From a virus (taxonomy: Duplodnaviria; Heunggongvirae; Uroviricota; Caudoviricetes): a stretch of DNA of 40,527 bases. The stretch is taken from positions 128,001 to 168,527 of the IMG/VR virus record IMGVR_UViG_3300047444_000069. One strand, given 5' to 3'. The notes under the pieces are model-generated. The model worked only from the letters and a program-made list of their open reading frames with translations, made no database searches and had not been told where the DNA came from. The position numbers and the translations under genes were made by a program. The stretch's first letter is position 1, and each line of letters opens with the position of its first letter. Shown here one piece after another: positions 1-9,358 of this stretch.

Positions 1-2
1 CG

Positions 3-479
3 CGTATTCTTCATCAACATCACAAGGACGGCACTGAACCCCCGCGCCAGATCGAACACGAAGGCCAACACTTCGACCTCGATGCGTTGGATAGGATCAC
101 TACAAAGTCGAAGCTGCCGAAGAACCACGAAGTATTCACAGGCATTCGCCATGATCCACGTGACCACCTGACGGATGATGGTCATGTGCATCTTCCCGCC
201 TACACGTCTACATCAGACTATCACAGCATCGGTAAGAAGTTTGCAATAAAACAGGCACGTCGCAAGGATAGCGAAGGATCGCTTGGTGATGCACACATCC
301 TTCATATTCATCTGAAGAAGGGTCAGCACGCAGTTTCCATCGCCGGGAAGTCAACGTATCGAGACGAAGGCGAACGTCTCTTACCTCGCAATACGCGACT
401 GAAGTTGCATCCCGAACCAGAAGTATCAACAGATTCGGATGGTCGCAAGGTCCATACATGGAAGGCGCACGTAGAATAA
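3..479 (+). CDS. ADP-ribosyltransferase domain protein (Alt/ModA/VIP2-like), 5' truncated by the window edge
   Basis: Frame is open from position 3. Has the ART-type motifs AYTSTS and DEGERLLPR (E-x-E). The first-strand Arg position reads VFTG. Confidence 0.7.
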   Translation, partial: RILHQHHKDGTEPPRQIEHEGQHFDLDALDRITTKSKLPKNHEVFTGIRHDPRDHLTDDGHVHLPAYTSTSDYHSIGKKFAIKQARRKDSEGSLGDAHILHIHLKKGQHAVSIAGKSTYRDEGERLLPRNTRLKLHPEPEVSTDSDGRKVHTWKAHVE

Positions 480-481
480 AT

Positions 482-507
482 AAAAGCCCGCAATTTGCGG
501 GCTTTTT
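482..507. terminator. Bidirectional intrinsic terminator
   Basis: AAAAGCCCGCAA-T-TTGCGGGCTTTTT between convergent genes. Confidence 0.85.
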
Positions 508-511
508 CTTT

Positions 512-724
512 TCAGTTACGCGAGCGTCGGTTTCGTTCGTGATAGGTCATTGATGACTGATCTCGTTCGCCTATGTGTAGGTGCTGACCGACGAAGTAAT
601 CGATGTAAAGCTGGCGGGACGCATTCGACTGCATCATATCGAGTCTCATGGTCCCGCCACACATCTTGCACTTCAGTTGTAAATCTAGTTCATTCAGTTC
701 AACGTGTGGTGGATGCTTAAACAT
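512..724 (-). CDS. Hypothetical protein (70 aa, one CxxC)
   Basis: ORF overlaps the end of the ARH gene and ends at the terminator. Confidence 0.55.
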   Translation of the reverse strand: MFKHPPHVELNELDLQLKCKMCGGTMRLDMMQSNASRQLYIDYFVGQHLHIGERDQSSMTYHERNRRSRN

Positions 725-1628
725 GTTCTTCGTTTAGATGAAACAGTTCTTTCACGTACCGGTTTTCAAGTGACGGCTTGATGTATTCCATCCAGTCAGC
801 CGGAAGGTCATTCAGACCGAATACGAGGGCCGCGATGCCGCCGACGACGCTCGCGTTAGTGTCGGTGTCACCGCCGACCAGAATCGCCTTGCTGATGGCC
901 TCTGTGAAGCTGTGGCTGTTGTCGATGCAGTACTTCACCATGTTCAGGGTATCGATCACGTAACCCGAACCGAAGTCCCGTTGTTGCGGATCAGGTGTCC
1001 ATTCGAGAACGCCGCTGACGGTCGCCCAAAGGACATCGAAATCGGGCTGCGCCACGTTCTCGCCCATGTTCTGATGGTCCGCGATCAGTCGGGCCAACAG
1101 ACAGTAGAACTGGCACGCCTTGATGCATTCGTCGCTGTTGTGTGTGATGACGCTGCAATGGTAGGCCATCTTCAACATCATGTGACTGTCGTCCGTCGCG
1201 AAGGCAATCGGAAGAATGCGCATGAGCGAACCATTACCGGACGCGCGCGGTTCGTGAATTCGAATCTCTCCCCTGCGGGCGTAGTGGACCAGTTGAGAGG
1301 CGGTCTGCATCCCTTCATCGAACTTCTGGCCGCTGACCCAATATTTCCCCTTGCGCCATTGAAGAAGGTCTTCGTAGAACGCCTTCGTGTCCATCTTCCC
1401 ATCGCGGAAGTGGTTGTACACACAAAGCATCTGACTGAAGTCATCGCTGTAGACGCCCAAGGGAACACCGTAGGTCTTGTACTCCGCGTCGATCTGGGTC
1501 GGACGGTCCACATAGTGTGTGTTGATCGCATGTTCACCTTTGAATTCATGCGGGACGCCCAAAGCATCACCAAGCATGGCCCCGAACATGGCGATACGTT
1601 TTTGGTCTAGTGTCGAAAAGTCGATCAT
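717..1628 (-). CDS. ADP-ribosylglycohydrolase (DraG/ARH family)
   Basis: Motifs GDALGVPHEF, YSDD, GNGSLMR, ITH and GGDTDTNASVVG; GGAG RBS upstream. Confidence 0.9.
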   Translation of the reverse strand: MIDFSTLDQKRIAMFGAMLGDALGVPHEFKGEHAINTHYVDRPTQIDAEYKTYGVPLGVYSDDFSQMLCVYNHFRDGKMDTKAFYEDLLQWRKGKYWVSGQKFDEGMQTASQLVHYARRGEIRIHEPRASGNGSLMRILPIAFATDDSHMMLKMAYHCSVITHNSDECIKACQFYCLLARLIADHQNMGENVAQPDFDVLWATVSGVLEWTPDPQQRDFGSGYVIDTLNMVKYCIDNSHSFTEAISKAILVGGDTDTNASVVGGIAALVFGLNDLPADWMEYIKPSLENRYVKELFHLNEEHV

Positions 1629-1683
1629 GTTTGTATTTCTCCATGACTAAGTATGGATAGAGCATAACATAACTATCCTACGA

Positions 1684-3231
1684 ATGTCCACAGTTGATAT
1701 TGAAATTATTCCCAAAGATGCGAATTACTGTCGGGTGAAGTGTCCGGTGGACATCGCTAAGGAACTGTCGGCGCACTTCAGCTTTGAAGTCCCCGGTGCG
1801 AAGTTCTCCCCGATGTACAAGTCTGGGGTCTGGGATGGTCGCACCAAGCTGTTCAACCTCATGACTCGCGAAATCTACGTGGGTCTGATCCCCTATCTGT
1901 TCCAGTACGCGAAAGAAGCCGGGTACAGCATCGAAGACAAAGCATCCCTTCCTGACACCGAGAATATCACGTTCGAAGTGATCGAGAAGTTCATGAAGGC
2001 ACTGAATATTCAAAGTCGCGGCGAACCAATCGAAGTGCGCGAATACCAGATCGAAGCCATCGTCACGGCCCTGAAATACAACCGCCGTTTGTTGCTGTCG
2101 CCCACCTCTAGCGGCAAGTCACTGATCATCTACGGAATCGTGCGCTGGTATTCGTTGCAGCGCAAGAAATTCCTGTTGCTGGTCCCCAACAAGTCGCTGG
2201 TCGCGCAGTTGTTCAAGGACTTCGAAGACTACAGCGGCGCTAACGGCTGGAACGTCGAAGCGAACTGCCACATGATCTATGGTGGTCAGGACAAAATTTC
2301 GGCCAAGCCGGTAATTATATCAACGTGGCAATCGCTGTACAAGATCGGGAAAGGTACACCAAAGCAAGGCCGTCTCGAATCCGACATCCCGGCATCCTAC
2401 TTCGACCAGTTCGACGTGGTTATTGGGGACGAAGCCCACTTGTTCAAGTCGGCATCCATCGTCGGCATCATGACGCGTTGCAAAAATGCGACGAAACGGA
2501 TCGGCACAACCGGCACGCTGGACGGAAGTGAGACGAACAAGCTTGTGTTGGAAGGCTTGTTCGGGACAGTGTATCGGGTCACATCTACCAAGCAACTTAT
2601 GGATGCGGGAGATGTTGCAGAACTTAGTATCAAAGTGTTACAGTTAGATCATACCGATGCGGTGCGGAAAGCGGTGTCGGGTGGGAAGAAGAAGCTGACC
2701 TACGACCAAGAGATGGACTTCCTAGTCCAGTCACCGAAGCGTAACAACTTCATTGTCAATCTGGCCCTGTCGCAAAAACGTAACACTCTGGTTCTCTTTC
2801 AGTTCGTTGAACACGGTAAAACCTTATATGATATGATGTGTCAACGCTGCACGAATGACCGAAAGGTCTTCTTCGTCAGCGGTGATACCGATCTTAGTGA
2901 TCGGGAAGATATACGCGAAGCGATGGAATCCGGTATCGATGTGATTCTGGTCGCTTCATATGGAACATTCTCCACTGGTGTCAACGTGCGGAACATCCAC
3001 AGCGTTATCTTCGCGTCACCAAGCAAGAGTCGAGTGCGTAACCTTCAGTCTATCGGGAGAGGATTGCGTCTTGGGAAGGGAAAGGCGTCGTGCGTCTTGT
3101 ACGACATCGGGGATAACTTGTCGTGGAAGAAAAGAAGCAATTACACGCTACTACATATGATTGAACGGCTGAAAATTTACGCCGAAGAAAAACTGACGTA
3201 CAAGATCATTGCTGTACCACTCGGAAGCTAA
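1684..3231 (+). CDS. uvsW: SF2 DNA helicase UvsW
   Basis: WDGRTKLFN, REYQ, SPTSSGKS, DEAH and QSIGRGLR motifs; T4-like context. Confidence 0.95.
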   Translation: MSTVDIEIIPKDANYCRVKCPVDIAKELSAHFSFEVPGAKFSPMYKSGVWDGRTKLFNLMTREIYVGLIPYLFQYAKEAGYSIEDKASLPDTENITFEVIEKFMKALNIQSRGEPIEVREYQIEAIVTALKYNRRLLLSPTSSGKSLIIYGIVRWYSLQRKKFLLLVPNKSLVAQLFKDFEDYSGANGWNVEANCHMIYGGQDKISAKPVIISTWQSLYKIGKGTPKQGRLESDIPASYFDQFDVVIGDEAHLFKSASIVGIMTRCKNATKRIGTTGTLDGSETNKLVLEGLFGTVYRVTSTKQLMDAGDVAELSIKVLQLDHTDAVRKAVSGGKKKLTYDQEMDFLVQSPKRNNFIVNLALSQKRNTLVLFQFVEHGKTLYDMMCQRCTNDRKVFFVSGDTDLSDREDIREAMESGIDVILVASYGTFSTGVNVRNIHSVIFASPSKSRVRNLQSIGRGLRLGKGKASCVLYDIGDNLSWKKRSNYTLLHMIERLKIYAEEKLTYKIIAVPLGS

Positions 3232-3232
3232 C

Positions 3233-3733
3233 ATGAGTAATCCCGAAGATTTGGTTGTCGAACACATCGAAGTTGATGTAGAAGAAGTACAGGAACAAGA
3301 ATACAACCGTGGCATCTTCTGTCGCGCCGTCCGCTTCAAGGGTGGCGAAGAAATCGTGACGGGTATTCACGTTGACGATATGGACTGGACCGTGCGGAAG
3401 TTCGTCACGATCCATCAGCCGATGGTCATCGACGCATCGGGCAAGATGGTTCCTTGGTCGAGCATCGGCAGTCAGTATGCGTATGAGATTTCGACGGACC
3501 TGATCCGCTCGATGTATGAAGTTCGGGTGAAGACCATCGATCAGTGGTCGGATGCAACGGCAGAACAGCATTATGCCTTCCTGCGTGAAGACTTGCTCGA
3601 TCCGACCTTGCCTGATGAAGACCGCGAAGCCATCGAACAAGAACTGGCTGATGCAGAAGACCCGTTCCGTGAACCGGAACTCGAAGTTCCCGAGATGTTC
3701 GGCTATCTGCCCGTCTCAAAAACCCTGCAATAA
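3233..3733 (+). CDS. Conserved T4-like hypothetical protein (GEEI motif, possibly Sm-like)
   Basis: ATG 2 nt after the uvsW stop; VRFKGGEEIV resembles ILKLVSGEEVI in ORF 15424. Confidence 0.65.
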   Translation: MSNPEDLVVEHIEVDVEEVQEQEYNRGIFCRAVRFKGGEEIVTGIHVDDMDWTVRKFVTIHQPMVIDASGKMVPWSSIGSQYAYEISTDLIRSMYEVRVKTIDQWSDATAEQHYAFLREDLLDPTLPDEDREAIEQELADAEDPFREPELEVPEMFGYLPVSKTLQ

Positions 3734-3912
3734 ATAGAAGGTCAACCCTTCAGTTCTCGCGAAGCGCGCCCGGACTTGTTCCGGGCTTTCTCCTGTTTAC
3801 AACAGTTAACAACTAGTTGAACATCATTTAACGCCTTCGGCGTCTTCGCTTCGCTCAGAAGAACTTCTTGTCTTTGACTTGTCCAGTCACTAGTTCAGAT
3901 ACAGAAACCCGA
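3734..3912. other. ORF-free hairpin-rich region, candidate replication origin or ncRNA
   Basis: Contains GCGAAGC, GCCCGGA-CTTGT-TCCGGGC, ACGCC-TTC-GGCGT and TTCGCTTCGCTC. Confidence 0.4.
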
Positions 3913-3918
3913 AACAGC

Positions 3919-3947
3919 ATTATATCCATACTTGGGAATTCTGTCAA
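3919..3947 (-). promoter_or_regulatory. sigma70-type promoter firing leftwards into the hairpin region
   Basis: Minus strand TTGACA-17 nt (contains TCCCAAG)-TATAAT, perfect consensus. Confidence 0.75.
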
Positions 3948-4006
3948 GAACTATTCACAAGTCCAGTCTCCTACATGTAGCCCAAACACGACAGTCCATA
4001 CACGGA

Positions 4007-4035
4007 TTGACATGTTTGGGTTTTTGCTTTATAAT
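4007..4035 (+). promoter_or_regulatory. sigma70-type promoter for gene 55
   Basis: TTGACA-17 nt (TGTTTGGG)-TATAAT. Confidence 0.8.
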
Positions 4036-4089
4036 GTCGTCTGACAATGTGAGAAGTGAACTACATCATGAGGAACCCGGCACTATGAA

Positions 4090-4728
4090 ATGACCCTAAA
4101 TTACACCATTTACGACACTGACGCCCCTATCAAGGAAGGTCAGTACGACCATATCGAACTGCCCGAAGCTTTCGATGAACCGGCCGAAAAGGTCCACTAC
4201 GTTGACAACGACGAAATGTTGGCTGCGTGGCTTGTCTATCAGGAAGACCGCAAAGCGGCGGCTGATGCTGGCAAGGAAGACCCTGTGGTTCCGCGATACA
4301 TCGCTGAGTGCATTCTGAAGATTTGTTATCGCCTCTCGTACAAGTACAACTTCATCAACTACTCGTTTCGTGACGAGATGATTAGTGATGCGATTGAGAA
4401 CTGTCTGCGCGGCATCAATACCTTCGATCCCGAGAAGTCCAAGTACATCTTCAGCTACTACACAACAGCCGCGTTCCATGCCTTCATTCGGCGCATCCAA
4501 CGCGAAGAAGCACAGGCCGCTGTGAAGGGCAAGATCATCTGTGAACTGGACATCGACAGCATCGTTCGACAAGAACATGACAACGGTGAATACCAGACAG
4601 ACATGATCGAGTACATGAAGACGGCACAAGACTTTCGCAAGGCCCACGAAGACCGAAGGCAAAAAGAGAAGAAAGAGAAGACGGCGAAGTTCCATGACAA
4701 CGCCATCACCTTTGACGAAGAAGAATGA
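4090..4728 (+). CDS. 55: Late-transcription sigma factor gp55
   Basis: HYVDN, YIAECILKI, NFINYSFRDEMISDAIENC, FDPEKS and FSYYT...AFIRRIQ motifs. Confidence 0.93.
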   Translation: MTLNYTIYDTDAPIKEGQYDHIELPEAFDEPAEKVHYVDNDEMLAAWLVYQEDRKAAADAGKEDPVVPRYIAECILKICYRLSYKYNFINYSFRDEMISDAIENCLRGINTFDPEKSKYIFSYYTTAAFHAFIRRIQREEAQAAVKGKIICELDIDSIVRQEHDNGEYQTDMIEYMKTAQDFRKAHEDRRQKEKKEKTAKFHDNAITFDEEE

Positions 4729-5252
4729 ACAACATCAACGACCAAGACCAGTTGCAAATCATGCTGGACTTGGAAACCCTGAGTCTGGCCCCGCACGCGG
4801 TGATCGTCTCGATTGGTGCGACGAAGTTCACCCTGAAGGACGGTATCATCGACACCTTCAGTATCAACGTTGACCCGCTTGATGGTCGCACTCTGGGTCT
4901 GGACATTGATCCTGAAACCATCAACTGGTGGAAGGACCAACCGAAAGAGATTTCGGACATGTGGAAGGTCGATCCAAAGCCCGTTAAAGACGCGCTGACG
5001 GCCTTCTGTCTCTGGTATGGGGGCAAGTCCCTTCCGATCTGGGCGAACAGTCCTAGCATGGATTGCGTAGTCATCAAAGAGTCAATGAAGGTGACGAACA
5101 CGCCGTGTCCGTGGAACTTCCGAGACGAGTGCGACTATCGGACCCTGAACAAGCTGTTGCCGATTGAGTTTGAGAAAGGCGACAAGGCGCATAGTTCTTT
5201 GGACGATGCGATCTACCAAACGAAACACCTTCTGAAGATTTTTGCATCATGA
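4725..5252 (+). CDS. DEDDh 3'-5' exonuclease (DexA/Rv2179c-like)
   Basis: MLDLETL, WAN..MD, DYRTL and HSSLDDA motifs. Confidence 0.8.
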   Translation: MNNINDQDQLQIMLDLETLSLAPHAVIVSIGATKFTLKDGIIDTFSINVDPLDGRTLGLDIDPETINWWKDQPKEISDMWKVDPKPVKDALTAFCLWYGGKSLPIWANSPSMDCVVIKESMKVTNTPCPWNFRDECDYRTLNKLLPIEFEKGDKAHSSLDDAIYQTKHLLKIFAS

Positions 5253-5617
5253 GCATATATTCACAACCCATTACTACCGATCTGGACGCTTCGTTCATTC
5301 CGACCATCCAATTCCTAGCATCGAACGTCGTTGAATCCATCGTCACCATTCCGAAGCCGGAACACAACGACGACTACGCAGTCCTGAAGTTCTCGAACGC
5401 TCTGCGCGAGAAGCTTACCAAGGTACGCGAAGATGGTCGTTATGGTTGGGAAGACCCGAATCAATGTAGCACGATGTTTTTGCGCTACCTTCTCGAATCC
5501 GAAATGGAAAAGCCGATCATCGATCTGGTTGATGTTGCCAACTACTGCATGATGCTTCATCAACGTGGCGTGCAGTTCCTTGACAACGTACATCGATCAA
5601 GAAATGACCCCGCATGA
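5249..5617 (+). CDS. Conserved phage hypothetical protein
   Basis: Coupled ORF with EKL...GRYGWED...VDVANYCMMLHQRG, a pattern recurrent in phage proteins. Confidence 0.65.
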   Translation: MSIYSQPITTDLDASFIPTIQFLASNVVESIVTIPKPEHNDDYAVLKFSNALREKLTKVREDGRYGWEDPNQCSTMFLRYLLESEMEKPIIDLVDVANYCMMLHQRGVQFLDNVHRSRNDPA

Positions 5618-5795
5618 ATCCCGTCGCGCAATGACGCTTCGACTTGAAGAAGAAGCGATCATGGCGGCAAAGAAGTTCGGTCTGTGTATAGACGCGGACC
5701 TCTACAATCTGAAGCTAGTTGTTGATCGGTTCTACTTTCAACAACTAGCCATAGAAGAAGCACAACGAGAACTAGAACGCGAAGAAACTCAATGA
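5604..5795 (+). CDS. Hypothetical protein
   Basis: Fills the gap; its stop overlaps the gene 47 start (ATGA). Confidence 0.55.
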   Translation: MTPHESRRAMTLRLEEEAIMAAKKFGLCIDADLYNLKLVVDRFYFQQLAIEEAQRELEREETQ

Positions 5796-6841
5796 CTAAA
5801 GCTGCATACCTTGGTGATACGCACTTCGGTTACTCTGACGGCAAGCTGGCGATACACAAGTACTTTGAGCGTGTGCATCGTGAATGGCTGATCCCGGCAC
5901 TGATCGAACGTGGTATCCGTACTGTGTTCCAGTTGGGCGACATGTTCGACAAGCGCAAGGGCGTCGATTCGTTCAGTGCATCGGAATCCAAACGATACTT
6001 CTTCGATCCGCTTCAGGAAGCGGGTATTCAGGTGATTGCGCTGATCGGCAACCATGATGCGTTCTTCACGAATAGCATCGACGTGAATAGCCCTGACCTT
6101 CTGTTGAAGGACTACTCTAACGTCAAGCTGATTCAGGAACCTCGCGTGATCAATCTCGGTGCAGCATCCATTGACATCGTTCCTTGGATTTGTCGCGACA
6201 ACGCGGATGAAATCACGGCCTACATCAACAAGTCGAATTCGGACTACCTGTTAGGGCACTTCGAAATTGAGGGGTTCGCGATGTACAAGGGCGTCGAAGC
6301 ACAACACGGCCTGTCGCGAGAACTGTTTAAGAAGTACAAGAAGGTCTATTCGGGCCACTATCACACGCGTAGCGACGATGGCAACATCATGTACGTGGGT
6401 ACGCCCTGTGAGATGAACTGGAACGACTATGACGATCCTCGCGGCATCCATATCTTCGATAGCGAGACGGGTGAGACTGAGTTCATTCCCTGTCCCTTCA
6501 CGCTGCACACGAAGCTGATCTACAACGAAGATGTCGTCAACGTCAAGAAGCTTCCTGACATCAAAGACAAGTACGTCAAGCTGATCGTTGAGAAGCGCAC
6601 GGACTTCAAGAAGTATGACAAGTACGTGGCAGCACTGAACGAACTTGGCGCGCATGACATCAAGATCATCGAAGACTTCTCTCAGTTCAATGATGTGGAA
6701 GTGTCGGTTGATTCGGTTAAGGCCAACGACACGCCTACCCTGCTTCGGAACTATGTGGACGAGACGGAAACCGATCTGGACAAAGACCGTCTGAAGCGCG
6801 AACTGTTGCAGCTTTACGTCGAAGCACAGGAAGTCGAATGA
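5792..6841 (+). CDS. 47: Recombination endonuclease subunit gp47 (Mre11/SbcD-like)
   Basis: GDTHFG, LGDMFD, GNHD, GHF and SGHYH metallophosphoesterase motifs. Confidence 0.95.
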   Translation: MTKAAYLGDTHFGYSDGKLAIHKYFERVHREWLIPALIERGIRTVFQLGDMFDKRKGVDSFSASESKRYFFDPLQEAGIQVIALIGNHDAFFTNSIDVNSPDLLLKDYSNVKLIQEPRVINLGAASIDIVPWICRDNADEITAYINKSNSDYLLGHFEIEGFAMYKGVEAQHGLSRELFKKYKKVYSGHYHTRSDDGNIMYVGTPCEMNWNDYDDPRGIHIFDSETGETEFIPCPFTLHTKLIYNEDVVNVKKLPDIKDKYVKLIVEKRTDFKKYDKYVAALNELGAHDIKIIEDFSQFNDVEVSVDSVKANDTPTLLRNYVDETETDLDKDRLKRELLQLYVEAQEVE

Positions 6842-7239
6842 AGCTGATCGTCGCGGGTTCCCGTAAGCTGCGCAACCGTGATGCCGTGTATCGAGAACTG
6901 GACCAACGTCGCCAAGGCATCACCGAAATCGTCTGTGGCATGGCGCTGGTCTGGAAGTGGAAGGATGACCCCGAGATAGGTGGTCCAGACCGCTACGGGC
7001 ACGATTGGGCCTGTCTAAACGGCATCGACGTTAAGCCCTTCCCGGCAGTCTGGGACTACGGTTCGCGTGCTGGCTTCATGCGCAACGAAGACATGGCCGG
7101 GTATGCGGATGCGTTGCTGGCCTTTCTTCCAAAGGAACCAACATCAGGCACACAAGACATGATCGACCGCATGAAGAAGCGCAAGAAGCCGGTCATCATC
7201 GTGTATGAAACTTCATCACTTGACGAACTCTTTATATGA
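6838..7239 (+). CDS. SLOG-superfamily (DUF2493/YspA-like) protein
   Basis: IVAGSR...GPDRYG...AGFMRNEDM...ALLAF...SGTQDMI. Confidence 0.75.
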   Translation: MKLIVAGSRKLRNRDAVYRELDQRRQGITEIVCGMALVWKWKDDPEIGGPDRYGHDWACLNGIDVKPFPAVWDYGSRAGFMRNEDMAGYADALLAFLPKEPTSGTQDMIDRMKKRKKPVIIVYETSSLDELFI

Positions 7240-7490
7240 CAAACAATACGGCAAAGACTGACTTCATCAAGTGGTGGTCATGTCACTACAGGCAACCTTA
7301 CGTCGATCATCAACTGACGGTTCGGCACGATGCCGTTGCGTACATCCGTGGATGGGTTGAAACATTGGATGTCTGGGATTCTCGCAGCGTCCGGTACGAC
7401 TACAATCCATATTCAAGGCACTACGACTATTCGCGTTACAAGTCATGGGAAGCTGGCCGTGACGACGCATGGGAACACCTGAACACATGA
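7236..7490 (+). CDS. Hypothetical protein
   Basis: ATGA overlaps with both neighbours. Confidence 0.6.
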   Translation: MTNNTAKTDFIKWWSCHYRQPYVDHQLTVRHDAVAYIRGWVETLDVWDSRSVRYDYNPYSRHYDYSRYKSWEAGRDDAWEHLNT

Positions 7491-9199
7491 TTAATTTTGA
7501 AGAAGTAAGATACTGTAATATTTTGGCGAGTGGTAGCCCGTTCACGGTCATCCGCCTCGATACTGCACCGACTACCCTGTTCACCGGCAAGAATGGTTCA
7601 GGTAAGTCCACGTTCATCGAAGCCATCACGTTCGCGCTGTTCAACAAGGCGTACCGCAAGATCGTCAAGCCCGACCTGTTGAATACCATCAACAATAAAA
7701 ATCTGTTGGTCGAACTTGACTTCCGCATCAACGGCAAGAAGTACACCGTGCGCCGTGGCATCAAGCCCGCAGTGTTCGAAATCCTGATCGACGGCGATGC
7801 ATACAAGACCAAGCCGGGACTGGATGATCAGTCCTACCTTGAAGATGTTGTGCTTGGTATGAACTACAAGACGTTCGTCCAAACCGTCATCATCGGTAAG
7901 GCAACCTATACACCTTTCATGCAGCTTAATGCCCCTGCCCGTCGCGACATCGTTGAGGAACTTCTTGACATCCGCGTGTACGGCACGATGGTTGATCTGC
8001 TGAAAAAGAAAGTTAGTGAATCAAAACTCAGACTCAAAGACATCGAAGACGAAATCCGCATCGCCACGAATAAGGTTGATGTTCAGAAGGCTTACGTCAA
8101 GACTCTACATGATGACCGTTCGAAGAAGGTTGAAGAAGCACGGTCCCAGATTTCAGACGCACAAGCCATCATCGACAAAGCCGTTCAGGACATCAACAGC
8201 CTGACGAAACAGCGGGAAGCACTGGAAGCCAAGGCCGAAGACACGAATGGCACTGGCGACCGTTTGGCGAAGCTGAAGCCCCTTTGTACCAAGCTGGTCG
8301 AGAACGTCCAGAAGTTACGCGAAGAAATCGACTTCTTCGAAAACCACGACGACTGCCCTGTGTGTAAGCAGATGATCAACGACGAGTTCAAGTCAACGGC
8401 CATCGAAGAACGCAAGGTCAAGTCAGACGAGATGATCGACGGCGGTAAGAAGCTGCGCGAACAGATCGAGACTGCACAAGCCCGCCTGAACGAGATTGCT
8501 GAAGTAAACGGCGAGATTCGCAAGCTGGATCGAGACATCGGCAATCTTCAGCAAAGCATTACCCTCGAACAGCGCACTATCGCCCGTCTCGATGCATCGA
8601 TGCGCGAAGAACAAGGCGCAACCGGCAACATCGAAGAAGAATCCGCGAAGCTGGCTGAGTTCGCCAAGGTCGTGCTGGAACTGAACGACAAGAAGACCGT
8701 CGAGACAGAGACGAAGCACTATCTGGACGCACAGGCCATCATGTTGAAGGACACCGGCATCAAGGCCAACGTGATCAAGCAGTACATCCCTGTGATGAAC
8801 AAGCTGATCAACGAATACCTGCTGGAACTGGACTTCTTTGCGTCCTTCAACATCGATGAAAACTTCGAAGAAGTGATCCGGTCGCGCAACCGGGACGAAC
8901 TGAAGTACGAGTCCTACAGTGAAGGCGAAAAGCTGAAGATCGATATGTCCCTGCTATTCACATGGGTCCGTATCGCACGTATGAAGAACACGGTCGCAAC
9001 CAACCTGCTGATCTTCGATGAAGTCACGGACGCCGGTCTGGACACCGATTCTTCCGGTCACATTGTGGGAATTCTGAAGGAACTGGCGAAAACCGCAAAC
9101 GTGTTCGTCATCTCGCATCACCCGGACCTGTACATCGACAAGTTTGACCGGCATCTGAAGTTCGCTAAGGTAAACAACTACTCGATCCTGCTGGACTAA
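7487..9199 (+). CDS. 46: Recombination ATPase gp46 (Rad50/SbcC-like)
   Basis: Walker A GKNGSGKST, coiled coil with CPVC zinc hook, YSEGEK signature, LIFDE, ISH. Confidence 0.95.
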   Translation: MINFEEVRYCNILASGSPFTVIRLDTAPTTLFTGKNGSGKSTFIEAITFALFNKAYRKIVKPDLLNTINNKNLLVELDFRINGKKYTVRRGIKPAVFEILIDGDAYKTKPGLDDQSYLEDVVLGMNYKTFVQTVIIGKATYTPFMQLNAPARRDIVEELLDIRVYGTMVDLLKKKVSESKLRLKDIEDEIRIATNKVDVQKAYVKTLHDDRSKKVEEARSQISDAQAIIDKAVQDINSLTKQREALEAKAEDTNGTGDRLAKLKPLCTKLVENVQKLREEIDFFENHDDCPVCKQMINDEFKSTAIEERKVKSDEMIDGGKKLREQIETAQARLNEIAEVNGEIRKLDRDIGNLQQSITLEQRTIARLDASMREEQGATGNIEEESAKLAEFAKVVLELNDKKTVETETKHYLDAQAIMLKDTGIKANVIKQYIPVMNKLINEYLLELDFFASFNIDENFEEVIRSRNRDELKYESYSEGEKLKIDMSLLFTWVRIARMKNTVATNLLIFDEVTDAGLDTDSSGHIVGILKELAKTANVFVISHHPDLYIDKFDRHLKFAKVNNYSILLD

Positions 9200-9254
9200 G
9201 TTCGGTTTCCCACATAAAATAGAGCAAAACCCCCAATCGCGTCGGAAAATGTTA

Positions 9255-9283
9255 TTGACAACGCATTTGGGGTCAGTTATAGT
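9255..9283 (+). promoter_or_regulatory. sigma70-type promoter
   Basis: TTGACA-17 nt (TTTGGGG)-TATAGT. Confidence 0.7.
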
Positions 9284-9358
9284 TCATTCCATCGACGGCG
9301 CACCAACAAACGACGCCGGAAAGCGAGGACAAACAAAAATTATAGGAAGGGAAGAATT

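Noticed and set aside
1646-1678. Late promoter variant (ACTAAGTA) and GGATAG/CTATCC hairpin before uvsW
   Set aside because: Plausible given late uvsW expression in T4, but two mismatches to consensus and only a 6-bp stem, so too weak to call.
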